64,000 nt of DNA from assembly GCA_963806225.1 (NCBI GenBank), contig CAWDXG010000004.1:5248001-5312000 (forward strand), read 5' to 3'. The notes below the pieces were generated by a model. That model worked only from the letters and a program-made list of their open reading frames with translations. It searched no databases and was not told the origin of the DNA. The DNA is from an uncultured delta proteobacterium (GTDB lineage Bacteria > Myxococcota_A > Polyangia > Polyangiales > Polyangiaceae). Shown here piece after piece: positions 18,696 through 30,142 of the stretch. Position 1 is the first letter of the stretch. Every line of letters begins with the position of its first letter. A program made the position numbers and the translations under genes.

Positions 18696-18950
18696 TCGTT
18701 CCTCCTCCGTGCACGACCGATGCCCCCGGGTCGTGCGGCCACCACCCTTGCCTTGCGAGGAGCATACCAGGTGCGAATCCGGCTGCTTTCCGGGCGGTGG
18801 GGCGCGCGGCTGGCACAATGGCACAGCGCCTTCCGGGCAGCGCTGTCACATCCCGCGGGGACTCGGTGCGCGGCGCTCATGCCGGTCAGGATGGCGAGCT
18901 CCACGCGATGCTCGCGCGCGTGCTCGAGCATCGCCCGCGCGCCCGGCTCA

Positions 18951-20147
18951 TTACCTGTCGTCGAGCGAGTGGCGGCGATTGGGCAGGCCGTCATAGAAGC
19001 CGATGCTGTTGAGGAAACGGCCGGTCTGCCTGAGGTACTCGCCGCGGTCGAGATGGATCAGGTGGCTGCCCGGGAACCAGTGCAGGCGGCAGCGACCCCA
19101 GTGCTCCCAGAGCAGTCGTGCATGCTTGGGCGGAGCCAGGCGGTCCCCGACGCCGCCGATCACCATCAGGTTCTCCCGGGGCAGGAGCGGCGGATAGCTG
19201 AGGGGGCAGCTCACCGCGAGCGCGTAGCGGATGTCCGATAGCGGGCGGCGCAGTGCGGCCAGCGCGCCGCGCACCAGGGCGCCGATGGGCTGCCACTCGA
19301 GCACGAGATCCGCCACGCTGGCGAGTGGCACGTTGGGAATCGAGAACGCCAGCCGCGGCTCCGTCGCGGCGAGCAGCGCGGAGGTGAAGCCGCCCAGGCT
19401 CACGCCCGTCACGCCGACGCGCGGCGCGCCGCAGTGCTCGAGCAGGTGGTCGAGGAAGATGCGGAAGTCGCACACCGCCTGGCCGAAGGCCTCGTTGATG
19501 CGCGACATGCCGCCCGCGAAGAAGCCGTGCCCCGAGAACGCCGAGAAGCGCGCCTGGCGCGGTCCGTGGAACGGCAGCGTGAACAGCGCGACGTCGAATC
19601 CCATGCGGTACAGCCACGGCAGCGCGAAGAACCACTCGTTCAAGAGGTACAGGTCGGCGCTGAAGCCGTGGATCGCCATGACTGTCGGGCGCGGACCCTT
19701 GTGGTGCCGCCAGTAGCGCAGATGCGCCGTACGGTTGTCGCGGTGCGAAAGGTAGTCCGCGCGCTCGTGGGGATTGATCGGCTCGTACGGGCTCGAGAAC
19801 TCGAGATCCTCGCAGATGCCGTCGCGCGGGCGGAAGCGCGAAAAGCGGGCGCGTCGTGTCTCGATGCGGACGCCCGACGGCGGTTTCCTGAAGAAGCGCG
19901 TTGGATCGCCGGTTTCGGCCATGGCGCCGTACAGCGCGCGGTCCTCGAGATCCCGCTTGATCCGGAAGGGGTGGTAGCCAAGAGGAAATGCGAGCGAGCC
20001 GACCAGGCACGCGCCGAGCGTGCGCAGCACGATGTCGGCGGCCGCGGTCGCCTGGATCTGGGCGCGGTCGCCGAATGCCAGGTCGAAAGGCTCCGGACGC
20101 TCGGCGAAGTCGGCGGGCAGCTCGGCCCACCAGCGCTCCCCGGGCAT
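18951..20147 (-). CDS. Alpha/beta hydrolase
   Basis: IHGF, LPFHGPR, GVSLGG nucleophile elbow, GDRL, PGSH. Confidence 0.85.
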   Translation of the reverse strand: MPGERWWAELPADFAERPEPFDLAFGDRAQIQATAAADIVLRTLGACLVGSLAFPLGYHPFRIKRDLEDRALYGAMAETGDPTRFFRKPPSGVRIETRRARFSRFRPRDGICEDLEFSSPYEPINPHERADYLSHRDNRTAHLRYWRHHKGPRPTVMAIHGFSADLYLLNEWFFALPWLYRMGFDVALFTLPFHGPRQARFSAFSGHGFFAGGMSRINEAFGQAVCDFRIFLDHLLEHCGAPRVGVTGVSLGGFTSALLAATEPRLAFSIPNVPLASVADLVLEWQPIGALVRGALAALRRPLSDIRYALAVSCPLSYPPLLPRENLMVIGGVGDRLAPPKHARLLWEHWGRCRLHWFPGSHLIHLDRGEYLRQTGRFLNSIGFYDGLPNRRHSLDDR

Positions 20148-20307
20148 CTCGCGGGGTGCCTCGAAACAGGCGTCGTGCACGATGCGGGAAACGACGGAAC
20201 GGGTCACTGGGTGGCTCCTGCTCCCCCGTTGTGCTCGAAAATCACTGGAGCAGCTATTATTGCACACGGGCGCTTTCCGTCGCGGCCGATTGGACTTACT
20301 AGGGGGT

Positions 20308-21201
20308 ATGCAGGATGCGGCCCTGCTTCGTCTGCTCGATCTGGTCCAGCGGAAGCTGGGTGCGGATGACGTGCGGGCCGAGCTGGGCGGGCGCGATCCC
20401 GAGGACGAGCGCCTGGTGTGGTGCCCGCTCGAGATTGGATACCGCATCGTCGCCGTGTTCGCCCAGGTGCCGGAGGATCGCGACGCGCTGTCGCGCCGGC
20501 TCGAGGTGATGGCGCGTTCGTTTGCCGGCACGCTGGAAAACGGCGAGCCGGAGCGTCCGTCGATCTCCACCGAGCTCGCCGCGCGGCGTCTCGATGACGC
20601 GCTCGACGCGCTGGCCGATCGCGCCGGCGCCGTGAGCGCGGTGGTGATCGATGCGCAGTCGCCCGTGGTGTGGGGGATCTCCGGCACGCGCCGCGGCGAC
20701 GAGGACGTGGAGACGGCCATCCGCACCGCCGACGCGACCGAAAAGGCCGTGCGGGCGGGGGTCGACTTCGCCGCGCTGCTGGAGCGCGAACCGATCGAGG
20801 TGCGCGCACTGCTCGAACAGCGCGGCGTGGAGTCGGAAACGGCGCGGTTCCTCACGCGCGAGGCCGAGCTCATCCGCCAGGTGAGCCGACGCAGCATTGC
20901 GGCGTGGCGCCATCATCTGCTCACCGCGCGCGCTATCGCAGCGGTGCGGCGCGACGGCGGCGAGCCTTCCGCCTACCAGCGCGAAGCCGTCCGCGAGGAG
21001 AGCTTCGGCTATCTGGCCCGGGCGTTTGCCAACATCTACCGGTTGGTGCTGGTCTTCGAGGGTCCGTTCTCGGAGCTGCATGCGGAGGCTGCGGTCGTCC
21101 ACGCGCTACCCCACATCGAGCGCATGGTGCTCGCGCTCCCTCCCGTCGAGCCGCCCCCTCGCGGCGACCGCGTGCGCCTGCGTCCCGTACCGAGCGACTG
21201 A
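20308..21201 (+). CDS. Hypothetical protein (possible GAF/Roadblock-like segment)
   Basis: Long ORF with coding-like codon usage; AVSAVVIDAQSPVVWG; function unknown. Confidence 0.6.
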   Translation: MQDAALLRLLDLVQRKLGADDVRAELGGRDPEDERLVWCPLEIGYRIVAVFAQVPEDRDALSRRLEVMARSFAGTLENGEPERPSISTELAARRLDDALDALADRAGAVSAVVIDAQSPVVWGISGTRRGDEDVETAIRTADATEKAVRAGVDFAALLEREPIEVRALLEQRGVESETARFLTREAELIRQVSRRSIAAWRHHLLTARAIAAVRRDGGEPSAYQREAVREESFGYLARAFANIYRLVLVFEGPFSELHAEAAVVHALPHIERMVLALPPVEPPPRGDRVRLRPVPSD

Positions 21202-21225
21202 GTGGTGCTTCTGGGAGCGGGCCGC

Positions 21226-22182
21226 CTAGAACCGCCTCACCAGCGTCAGCTGTGCGCCGTGCGGTCCGCCGCCGGGGATCAGCGCCGTGACCGGACGCTC
21301 CTGCTTGTCGCTGCTCAGCACGAGCCACGCTCCAGCTGCGACACCGACGGCGCCGACAATGAAGCCCGTGGTGGTGACGATGCCCAGCGTGTGACCGGAG
21401 CTGGCTGCGTCGAGGCCGGTCTGGTTGCAGCGCTTGGCCGCATCGCAGTTGTTGTCGACGGTGCTCTTCTTGCCGAGCACCATGGCGCCGGTGATCGCGC
21501 CGACCGCGAGGCCGGCCACGCCGACGCCGCCTATCACGTAGCCGAGGGTCCGGTGATCGGACCCGTGCGCTCGAGCGCTGCCGCCGGTGTCGTGGGCGTT
21601 CGAGCCGGCGGGCAGTGCGGGCCCCGGCGCGACCTCGATCGAGCGCTGCCGGCCTTCGGCGATGCTGACGCTCAGCGCGCGTGTCCGGGTGCCCGGCGCC
21701 GAGACGCTGATCACGTGCGTGCCGGGATCGACCGGAAGGGGTGTGCCCAGACTGGCCGCGCCGAGCGTGACGTCATCGCGCGAGACGCGCGTGCCCTCCG
21801 GCGCGCCCGCTGCAAGCTGGATGGTCAGCTTCGGTACGCGCTTGTCGAGCAGAGCCAGCCGCTTCTGTGCGATCGGGATGCGATCGTCGGGCGGCGTGAG
21901 CTGTTGAAGGACTTCCTGGAACTTCGTGTACGCGGTGGCGACGTGTCCCTGCTTCTCTTCGCAATCGGCGATGTTGAAGACGGTGCCGACCGCGGGATCG
22001 AGCCGGTTGCTCTCGTAGAACTTGGCGCACGCCTGCTTGTAGTTGCCCGCCTCCGCGGCGGTGCGCCCCTGCTTGAACAGTGCTTCGGCGGCGACGGGGT
22101 CGCGCCCCTGCGCCGCGGCCGCCGCGCTCGTCGCGAGCGCCGCACACAGCACCCAGCTGGAAACCACCCGCGTGACGCGCAT
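21226..22182 (-). CDS. TPR + PEGA-like domain membrane protein
   Basis: AEALFKQGR...ACAKFYES.RLDP.VGTVFNIADCEE; PVDPGTHVI; C-terminal TM helices. Confidence 0.85.
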   Translation of the reverse strand: MRVTRVVSSWVLCAALATSAAAAAQGRDPVAAEALFKQGRTAAEAGNYKQACAKFYESNRLDPAVGTVFNIADCEEKQGHVATAYTKFQEVLQQLTPPDDRIPIAQKRLALLDKRVPKLTIQLAAGAPEGTRVSRDDVTLGAASLGTPLPVDPGTHVISVSAPGTRTRALSVSIAEGRQRSIEVAPGPALPAGSNAHDTGGSARAHGSDHRTLGYVIGGVGVAGLAVGAITGAMVLGKKSTVDNNCDAAKRCNQTGLDAASSGHTLGIVTTTGFIVGAVGVAAGAWLVLSSDKQERPVTALIPGGGPHGAQLTLVRRF

Positions 22183-22197
22183 CTCGCCGAGTATACT

Positions 22198-23649
22198 CTA
22201 GTGCCTGCGGTCGAAGGGATTGGGGTGCTGGACCGCCGGAGGGTGGATGCTCTTGTGCCCGGTGGGTGCGGCAGCGGCGGCCGTTGCCGTCGGCTGGGCG
22301 ACGCTGTGCGGCGTCGTAGCCGGATGCTGCACGGGCGCCGGAGCCGCGCTGGCTCCGGATCTTGTCGATGCCGTCTTTGCGGGCGCTGCCGACGCCGTCT
22401 TTGCGGGCGCGGCCGCACTCGCCACCGGTCTGGACTCTGCCGTGTGGGGAGCCTGGACGAGAGCCGGGGGGTCGGCGGCCGGAGCGCCTCCCGAAGTGGC
22501 CGCTGGTGGGTTGTGCAGCGCGAGTACGGCCAGCGTTCCCGCCACGCCCAGCACGGCCAGCGCCCCGAGCGACATCAGCACCAGACGTGATTTCCCGGCT
22601 GATGGCCTGTCGCTCGGTGCCGTGCGCAGCATCACGCGGTCGGTCGCCACGGTGCTCGCGCGGCCGGTGATGGCCGACGTGACCTCCGGCGGCGCGACCA
22701 GCGTGGCGGTGTCCGGATCCGCGTAACGCGCGACGGATGTGCGCGGCAGGCTCGGCGGGCCCTCGAACGCGAGTATCTCGAACGCGCGGCGCACTGCCGC
22801 CTGCATGGTCTGTGCGTCGGGGAAGCGCTCTTCCTTGTCGAACGCGAGCGCCCTGTCGATCAACTCCACCACGCATCGCGGCATTTCCGGCTCCACCGTC
22901 GCGATCGAAGCCGGCGGCGTCGTGGCCGCGAAGATGAGCTGTTCGTTCACCGTGCCGGCTTCGTGCACGAAGCGCCCGGTGAGCAGAGTGAAGAGGGTTG
23001 CGCCGATGCCCCAGATATCGGTCCGGTTGTCGACAGCGTCCCAGCGCCCCCGTGCCTGTTCCGGTGCCATGAATGCGGGTGTACCGAGCAGCGAACCGGC
23101 GCGCGTCGTGGTCTGTGAAGCGGCGGAGACCTCGCGGAGCCGCGCTATGCCGAAGTCGAGCACCTTCAGCCGCCCGTCCGTGGTCAAGAACAGGTTCTCG
23201 GGCTTCATGTCGCGGTGCACGACCCCGGCGTCGTGGGCTACGGCGAGCACGTCGAGCAGCTGGTCGGCAATGGCAAGCACCTCGTCCACGGGCAGCGATT
23301 CATTCTTGCGTTCCCAGCGCGCTTCGAGCGTCTCGCCTTCGAGCAGCTCCATGACCAGGAACGCCGCGCCGTCGTCGCTCACGTCGTCGTCGAGCACCTG
23401 GACCGTGCCGGGATGCCGCACGGTATTGGCGACGTAGCCTTCGCGCAGGAAGCGTTGCGTCACCTCGGCATCGACCGCGACCTCCGGGTGGAGGATCTTG
23501 ATCGCCACGCGGTTCTGGTTGCGATGCGTCGCGGAGTAGACCGTCGCCATGCCGCCGACGCCGATGACGCGGTCGAGGCGCCACTTCTGCTTCAGCGTGG
23601 TGCCGACCCGCGACTGGGCGCGATCCGTGACGTCTTCTCGAAGGGGCAT
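22198..23649 (-). CDS. Hanks-type Ser/Thr protein kinase, membrane anchored
   Basis: GVGGMATVY, VAIK, HRDMKPEN, DFG, GTPAFMAPE; TM helix then Pro/Ala-rich tail. Confidence 0.95.
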   Translation of the reverse strand: MPLREDVTDRAQSRVGTTLKQKWRLDRVIGVGGMATVYSATHRNQNRVAIKILHPEVAVDAEVTQRFLREGYVANTVRHPGTVQVLDDDVSDDGAAFLVMELLEGETLEARWERKNESLPVDEVLAIADQLLDVLAVAHDAGVVHRDMKPENLFLTTDGRLKVLDFGIARLREVSAASQTTTRAGSLLGTPAFMAPEQARGRWDAVDNRTDIWGIGATLFTLLTGRFVHEAGTVNEQLIFAATTPPASIATVEPEMPRCVVELIDRALAFDKEERFPDAQTMQAAVRRAFEILAFEGPPSLPRTSVARYADPDTATLVAPPEVTSAITGRASTVATDRVMLRTAPSDRPSAGKSRLVLMSLGALAVLGVAGTLAVLALHNPPAATSGGAPAADPPALVQAPHTAESRPVASAAAPAKTASAAPAKTASTRSGASAAPAPVQHPATTPHSVAQPTATAAAAAPTGHKSIHPPAVQHPNPFDRRH

Positions 23650-23960
23650 GGCAGAGAGGGTTGGCGGTGGTGCACACCGCCAACGGGCGAGACAATCCGT
23701 TCCTTACGGACGTTTGTTACGCTCCCGGGTTCCTTTCTCTTTCGACAACCGCTCGGATGTGTGGCGGGTCCACACCGGGCGCACTACACGCACCTACATT
23801 GTCCCCGCGGTGCTGCCCTGGAAGTGTGTGTCGTCCGGTCGGCGCCGTCTATGATGCCCGCCTGCCCGAGGGGGAAGATGCGTCGGACCAGCAGCGTACG
23901 ATCTGCGTTGTCCGGCACTTGTGCCGCCCCAGCCGGGTAGTGGACCTGGAGATTATCGCC

Positions 23961-24326
23961 ATGACCGTCGACAAGCTGTTCGTGAAACGTGCTGCTCTTT
24001 CGCTGGCTCTGGGCCTCGGCATCGCCGGGTCGTTCTACGCGGGCGTTGCCTACGCGGCGGACGCACGTCTGGATTCCGCCAACGCCCACATCATCAAGGC
24101 GGACGCCCTCTTGAAGGCCGCCTCCAACCCGAACCTGAAGCACCGACCCTTCGGCGGGCACCGGTCGCGCGCCGTGCGCCTGTTGGAGCGGGCCGAACAC
24201 GAGATCGCGCTGGCGAAGAAGTACGCCGACAGCCCGCATCACCACGGCAAGAAGCCGAAGGCGAAGAGCCACAAAGACAAGGCGAAGGGCAAGTCCGCCA
24301 GCCACGGCAAGAGCTCGAAGCACTAG
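23961..24326 (+). CDS. Small secreted helical protein with His/Lys-rich tail
   Basis: GGAGA RBS; signal peptide ending AYA; FGGHRSRAVRLL; HHHGKK tail. Confidence 0.7.
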   Translation: MTVDKLFVKRAALSLALGLGIAGSFYAGVAYAADARLDSANAHIIKADALLKAASNPNLKHRPFGGHRSRAVRLLERAEHEIALAKKYADSPHHHGKKPKAKSHKDKAKGKSASHGKSSKH

Positions 24327-24447
24327 GGCGCTCTAGCGGCCCCGGTCTGCGTCTGCACGGTGGTCGTTGGACTGCCGCAGCGGATCCGCTAGCCTGGGAT
24401 CTGCTCGAGGACCGCCTATGGCTCGACTTCGATTTGCTGAGCGCCGC

Positions 24448-25510
24448 ATGAGGGTCGCCGCGGTGCTCGCGAGCGGTCTCCTTCTGAGCTCGTGCGCGAT
24501 CTCGTTCGACGGATACGTGCTGGGCTCCGACGACGCCGGGGCAGGCGCGGGCGGGACGGCGGGCAGTGGAGCTAGCGGCGGGAGCGGCGGGAGCGGAGCC
24601 GCCGGAGGCGCCGGTGGTACGGCAACTGGAGGCAGTGCCGGCACGGGTGCGACCGCGGGCGGCGGCGGCACGGGTGCGACCGGCGCAACCGGTGGCGCGG
24701 CGGGCAGTGGTGCGGCCGGCGCAACCGGTGGTACGGCCGGCGGCGGTGCAACCGGTGGTGCGGCCGGCGCCGGTGCGACGGGCGGCACGGGCGGCAGCGC
24801 GCCCTGTCCGACGAACCTCAGCGGGCCGACGATGGTCCATGTGCCCGCCGGCGCCAAGGGCTACTGCATCGACGGCACCGAGGTGACCAACAAGCAGTAC
24901 CAGACTTTTCTCGCCTCGAAGCCCGACACCGCCAAACAGATCGCGGCGTGTTCGTGGAACAGCGCTTTCGCCCCGAAGGCCTCCGGTGCCTGCTCGCCGT
25001 CGCCCTACGATCCGGCGGGCAGTCCCGATTCCCCGATCTCGTGCGTCAACTGGTGCGACGCGGTCGCGTACTGCGCATGGGCCGGCAAGCGGTTGTGCGG
25101 GTACATCGGCGGAGGGACGAACAACCCCGATCACTCGGGCGATGCCGCCGCTAGCCAGTGGTACGCGGCGTGCTCCGAGCAGGCGCAGCGCGCCTTTCCC
25201 TATGGTACCACCTATCAGGGCAGCTACTGCAACGGCCTGGACTTCCCGACGTTCGGTCACGACCATCCCCGTCGGGACGGATGCGAAGTGCGTCGGCGGC
25301 TACGACGGCATCTACGACTTGAGCGGCAACGTCGCCGAGTGGGAGGACTCCTGCACCGGCAGCGGACAGAGTGCCCAGTGTCTGTACCGCGGCGGCGGCT
25401 ACCTCGACCACGACAGCGGCAACTCCAACCTGCGCTGCGATTCGGCGCCGTTCGGACAGGTCAGCGCGACCGCCCCGAGCCGCGGTTTCCGCTGCTGCTA
25501 CGGCCCGTAG
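24448..25510 (+). CDS. FGE-sulfatase (SUMF1) domain lipoprotein with Gly-rich linker (frameshift near 25255)
   Basis: LSSC lipobox; IDGTEVTNKQY, VNWCDAVAYCAWAGKRLC; second frame YDLSGNVAEW, RGGGY, GFRCC. Confidence 0.85.
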
Positions 25511-25591
25511 CTGGACGCGCACGGGTCGTGGCGGGCACCTTTCCTGCACGCCGCGCGGGACAATCGCCGGGGATGGTCTAGAAAGCAGGAC

Positions 25592-26464
25592 ATGGACGCC
25601 GGTGTCGCCGAGCTGGTCGAGCTGCTCCGCGGGCGGAGGTTTGTCGCCCTCACCGGGGCGGGCTGCAGCACGGAGTCCGGCATCCCCGACTACCGCGGCC
25701 CGGGGACAGCCGCGCGTGCACGCAATCCGATCCGCTACCAGGAGTTTCTGCGCCAGCCTCTGGCGCGAGCGCGCTACTGGGCGCGCAGCTCGGTGGGGTG
25801 GCAGCGCATGTCGTTGGCAGCGCCGAACGCCGCGCATCGCGCGCTCGCGGAGCTGGAGCGCGCGGGGCTCGCGGTCGGACTCATCACGCAGAACGTGGAT
25901 CGCCTCCACACGCGCGCGGGCAGCCGCCGCGTGATCGAGCTGCATGGGGCTCTGGACGAGGTGCGGTGTATCGAGTGCGGCACCATCGAACAGCGCAGCC
26001 GCCTGCAGGAGCGGCTCATTGCCGAAAACCCCGACTTTGCCGCGGCGGATGTCGAGCTGGCACCCGATGGTGACGCTGAGCTGGACGCCGCGCTCGCCGC
26101 GGGCTTCCGCGTGGCGCCGTGCCTGGCCTGCGGCGGCGTGCTCAAACCGAACGTGGTGTTCTTCGGCGAGAACGTTCCCGCGCCAACGGTGGAGGCGGCC
26201 TACGCGCTCCTTTCGGAGGCCGAAGTGTTGCTCGTGCTGGGCTCGTCGCTCACCGTGTTTTCCGGATTCCGCTTCGTGCGGCGTGCCAGCGCAGAGGGTG
26301 TTCCTGTGGCCATCGTGAATCTGGGCGAGACGCGCGGCGACCCCTACGCCTGCGTGCGCGTGGAGGCCCGGGTCGGCGAGCTCCTTCCCGAAGTGGCGGA
26401 GCGCCTGGGCGGGCAGCGCAGCCTAGGCCAGCTCGGCGACGCACCGGGCGAGCGCGCCGGGTGA
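25592..26464 (+). CDS. Sir2-family NAD-dependent deacylase (class II/SIRT4-like)
   Basis: [25 protein letters not shown], CxxC twice, [18 protein letters not shown]. Confidence 0.93.
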   Translation: MDAGVAELVELLRGRRFVALTGAGCSTESGIPDYRGPGTAARARNPIRYQEFLRQPLARARYWARSSVGWQRMSLAAPNAAHRALAELERAGLAVGLITQNVDRLHTRAGSRRVIELHGALDEVRCIECGTIEQRSRLQERLIAENPDFAAADVELAPDGDAELDAALAAGFRVAPCLACGGVLKPNVVFFGENVPAPTVEAAYALLSEAEVLLVLGSSLTVFSGFRFVRRASAEGVPVAIVNLGETRGDPYACVRVEARVGELLPEVAERLGGQRSLGQLGDAPGERAG

Positions 26465-27370
26465 CGGGAGCTGTTGCGCGGCCAGGGCGTGGCAGAACGC
26501 CGCTGCCGAGCCGTAGCCGACCACGCGGGCGACGCGCTCGGTCGTGGCGCCGGGCGTGGTCATCAGATTGGCGCCGATCATCAGCCGTCGCCGCGTGCGC
26601 GTGTCCTGCCACGAGCCGGCGTTGAATCCGTAGCGCGTGTTGAACGACGCGACCAGCCGATTGAGCTGGCGCGCGCCGAGCTTCAGCGTGTCGCGCAGGT
26701 CGACCAGCATGGGCTTTCTGGTCAGGTTCGACAGGGAAGCGTCGAGCGCGCGGGAGAGCTCCGCGTCGCGAGGCGCCACCGGTTCCACGAGCCGCGACGG
26801 CAGGGCTCTGTCGACCGGCGCGCCGTTCGAAGCGAGGATTCCGAGCAGTTCGGCCACCGCGGACGCGACGCCGGGCGAGGGCGACGGCGAACGCATGATG
26901 AGGCTACCGATGTGCTGCACGCGTTCCAGCGCCGGTGGGTCGAGACGCCCGGTCTCGACTCCGTCGATGCTTCCTCCCAGCCATCCGCGGTCCCACTCGA
27001 TGTTCACGCTGCGATAGCGAGGCGCGCTCTGCTGGCGCATCCGGATGGCGCCCTTGCTTTCGATCAGCGCCACGTCGCCGGGCGCCAACCATCGGTCGCC
27101 CACCGCGCTCGTGATCCGCGCGTGCCCTTCGAGCAGTATAGTGAGCACCGGACGTCCCAACCGATCGCGCCGGGGGAACGTCGGAGCAAAAAGGCGATCT
27201 TCCGCGACCAGCCGCGCGTTGTCGACAACGTGCACCCGATAGTGCGAGTGCACCACGGCGTGCGTCGCATGTGCGGCATCGAGCTCGGGAATAGAGATGC
27301 GACGGTGGGAGAGCAGCATCGCGGGATCCAGGGGCGGTCGTGGAATAGGATTCCACACCGTCCGCTCCAA
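26423..27370 (-). CDS. AraC-family transcriptional regulator (start uncertain)
   Basis: C-terminal double [12 protein letters not shown] and [20 protein letters not shown]. Confidence 0.75.
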   Translation of the reverse strand: MERTVWNPIPRPPLDPAMLLSHRRISIPELDAAHATHAVVHSHYRVHVVDNARLVAEDRLFAPTFPRRDRLGRPVLTILLEGHARITSAVGDRWLAPGDVALIESKGAIRMRQQSAPRYRSVNIEWDRGWLGGSIDGVETGRLDPPALERVQHIGSLIMRSPSPSPGVASAVAELLGILASNGAPVDRALPSRLVEPVAPRDAELSRALDASLSNLTRKPMLVDLRDTLKLGARQLNRLVASFNTRYGFNAGSWQDTRTRRRLMIGANLMTTPGATTERVARVVGYGSAAAFCHALAAQQLPSPGALARCVAELA

Positions 27371-27721
27371 GGAATGTACGCCTGGTCGCGCCGGTTGCTT
27401 CCGCGATCGTGCGGCTGTCCGCTAGCGTCCGTACAACTGCGGAATGTCTCGGCTGGCCGGCCATCGCGTCATGCTTCGCAGAGTTTTCACTTGGCACAAT
27501 TTCGAACGACAGCGACGCGCTGCTGTGGGGAAACCAGCCGCCAGGTTCCCTGGGGTTCCAGGGTGCAGCTTGGTGAAATCATGCGAGTTTGCGCCGGGCG
27601 CCCTGCGGGCCCGGCACGGATGTCCGGAATCATCAATGGGGATCCCCGCTGCCCCGGTTCGTACAAACAGGTATCGGCGCGCGCCGCTCGTTTTGGGGCG
27701 CCGGCCACAAGGAGGTCACTC

Positions 27722-29779
27722 ATGAGCTTTCGCCCTCTTCTCTTCATCGCTGCCGCGGCCATCGGCTTGGCTCCGCTTGCCTGTGGGCCCTCGTCGAACG
27801 GAGCTGGCGGTGACGGTGGTCCCGGTGGTCAGGGGGGGACCGCTGGACAGGGCGGCATGGCAGGTCAGGGCGGTGCGAGCGACGGCGGACTGCCGGACGG
27901 GGCAGGTGGCGACGGAGCCGTCAACAACTGTCCGGCGCCGACGGGTGCGCCCATCATCCACGATAGCGACATCACGCAGGACGAGACGTGGGGTGCCGAC
28001 AGCATCCACGTCGTCACGAACTCGCACGTTGTGACCGCCGGCGTGACACTGACGATCGCGCCCTGCGCAGTGGTGCAGCTCGACCCGGATGTCGAGCTCG
28101 AGCTCGACGGGACCCTGGACGCCGAGGGCACCGCGAGCCAGCCGATCCGCTTCGAGCGGCATGGGAAGGACGCCTGGGCGAATCTGTACATCACGCACGG
28201 CGCCAAAGCGACGCTCGCATTCGCCACGTTCGACGGCGGTGGCTCCGACACCGGCACGTACAGCGGCGCGACGATCGTCGCATACGGCGACGACATGAAG
28301 CCGCCGATGGAGCCCTTGCTGTCGGTGGATCACGTCACCGTGGAAAACTCCATGGGCTACGGCATGCTGGTCGGTCAGAACGCGAGCTTTGCGAGCAGCT
28401 CGACCGCGCTCACGCTCACGGGGAACGGCAAGGCCGACACCGCGCATCCGTACCCGTTGTTCGTGCAGACGCGCGCGATCGGGACGGTGCCGGACGGGAT
28501 GTACACCGGCAACCAGACCGATGCCATCGGCATCGATTCCGCGGACGGGGCGGACGAGCTCGGCGACGTGACCATGAAGGACCTCGGCGTGCCGTGGGTC
28601 TCGGACGACACGATCGACGTGACGCCCGACGCGACGACGCCTTCCGCGTCGCTGCATATCGATCCCGGCGTTACCCTCGAGCTCGGCAAGGACGCGAATC
28701 TCGTGGTGAGCGACCAGGGCGGGAAGCTCGAAACGGCCGGCACCAGCCAGAAAGTCGTCAAGATCCAGCGTTCCGGCGCCGATCCGTGGGGCGAGGTGCT
28801 GATCAACGGTCCCGCCACCGGGTCGCTGTCGTACACGACGCTCGATGGCGGCGGGAACGACACCGTCACGTATGCGGGCGCTTCGCTGGTCGCCTATGGT
28901 GAAAACCAGCCACCGCTGCAGCCCATCCTCAAGGTTTTTCACGTCACGGTGCAGGGGTCGAAGGGGCGCGGCGTAATGGTTGATCGCTACGCCGCCTTCA
29001 CGAGCGACTCGACGAGCCTGACTGTGAGCGGCAGCGGCGCCAATTCTACGACCTACACGCGGCCGTTGATGATCGGGGCGCACGCGCTGACCAGCGTCCC
29101 GGACGGGACGTACACGGGCAACACCGTCGCCCAGATCTACGTCGATGCGAACTCCGGGGCAGAGCTCGACAAGGACATCACGGTGCACGATCGCGGCGTG
29201 CCGTACTACCTGGACCAGGGGCTCACGGTCGACCAGGGCACCCAGACGACGGCGCCGAAGCTGACGCTGGAAGCCGGCACCCAGATGTTGTTCGACCCCG
29301 GCGCCAATTCGCCGGGCAACCTATTCCTCGATGTCTATGCCGGTTCGCTGGAGGTCGACGGCACTGCCCAGAAGCCTGTCGTGCTCGGCTCGGCTGCCGC
29401 GACTCCCGCGCCAGGCGATTGGGTCGGCGTCGATTTCGACGCCAAAGCTGCAGCGTTCACCCAGAAGATCGACCATGCGAGCATCGAATACGCGGGCGCC
29501 GGCTCCGGCGCCGGCAGCTGGACCTGCGATCCCACGGTAGGCGGAACGACGCTGCCCGAAAACGCCGGCGTGCTGATCCTGGGCTGGGCGCCGTCGTCCG
29601 AGTTCGTCACCAACACGCACATCAAGCAGAGCGGCGGTCACGGCATCCTGCGTGGCTGGGATCTCAGCCAGGGTCCGGCGACGAGCTTCCTGCCGACGAA
29701 TACGTTCGACCTGGCGAAGAACGGCTACCTGGACCAGACCCAGCCGACGAACAATAACGTGACGCCGAGCTGCCCGTAG
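27722..29779 (+). CDS. Lipoprotein with three repeated beta-helix-like modules
   Basis: AAGGAGG RBS; PLAC lipobox; three LTI.PG...GT..KP...W modules. Confidence 0.8.
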   Translation: MSFRPLLFIAAAAIGLAPLACGPSSNGAGGDGGPGGQGGTAGQGGMAGQGGASDGGLPDGAGGDGAVNNCPAPTGAPIIHDSDITQDETWGADSIHVVTNSHVVTAGVTLTIAPCAVVQLDPDVELELDGTLDAEGTASQPIRFERHGKDAWANLYITHGAKATLAFATFDGGGSDTGTYSGATIVAYGDDMKPPMEPLLSVDHVTVENSMGYGMLVGQNASFASSSTALTLTGNGKADTAHPYPLFVQTRAIGTVPDGMYTGNQTDAIGIDSADGADELGDVTMKDLGVPWVSDDTIDVTPDATTPSASLHIDPGVTLELGKDANLVVSDQGGKLETAGTSQKVVKIQRSGADPWGEVLINGPATGSLSYTTLDGGGNDTVTYAGASLVAYGENQPPLQPILKVFHVTVQGSKGRGVMVDRYAAFTSDSTSLTVSGSGANSTTYTRPLMIGAHALTSVPDGTYTGNTVAQIYVDANSGAELDKDITVHDRGVPYYLDQGLTVDQGTQTTAPKLTLEAGTQMLFDPGANSPGNLFLDVYAGSLEVDGTAQKPVVLGSAAATPAPGDWVGVDFDAKAAAFTQKIDHASIEYAGAGSGAGSWTCDPTVGGTTLPENAGVLILGWAPSSEFVTNTHIKQSGGHGILRGWDLSQGPATSFLPTNTFDLAKNGYLDQTQPTNNNVTPSCP

Positions 29780-29782
29780 CGG

Positions 29783-30142
29783 CTAGCTGGCACGAGCGCA
29801 GAGGAGCTGGCGCACCACGCGTGCCAGCTCCATGCGCTCCAGCGCGGTGAGCCCGCTGAACTCCACACCGAACTCGCCGCGCCGCGCCCAGCGCACGACC
29901 GCGCGGAAGCGGCCGTCCACTTCTGCGCCGGGCAGCCGCATGCAGACGACCACCGTCTCGCCGTACTCCGGCGCGTCGAACGACTCGACGCACAGTCCGC
30001 TGAGGCTGAGATCACGAGCGATGCCCCGGATGGCGCGGCCCGATTCGCGCTCGCACCTCACCCCGATCTCGACCCGGTGCCGTCCGTGGCTCCGGACCGC
30101 CGCGTAGGTTCCGCTTTCTCGCTGTGAAGGATCCCACCGCAT
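29783..30142 (-). CDS. PilZ-domain protein
   Basis: RSHGR, DLSLSG, VVRW...GVEF. Confidence 0.85.
   Translation of the reverse strand: MRWDPSQRESGTYAAVRSHGRHRVEIGVRCERESGRAIRGIARDLSLSGLCVESFDAPEYGETVVVCMRLPGAEVDGRFRAVVRWARRGEFGVEFSGLTALERMELARVVRQLLCARAS

Noticed and set aside
25592..26464. Sir2 as an anti-phage defence effector
   Set aside because: It has the Zn-ribbon and motifs of a housekeeping class II sirtuin, with no defence partners nearby
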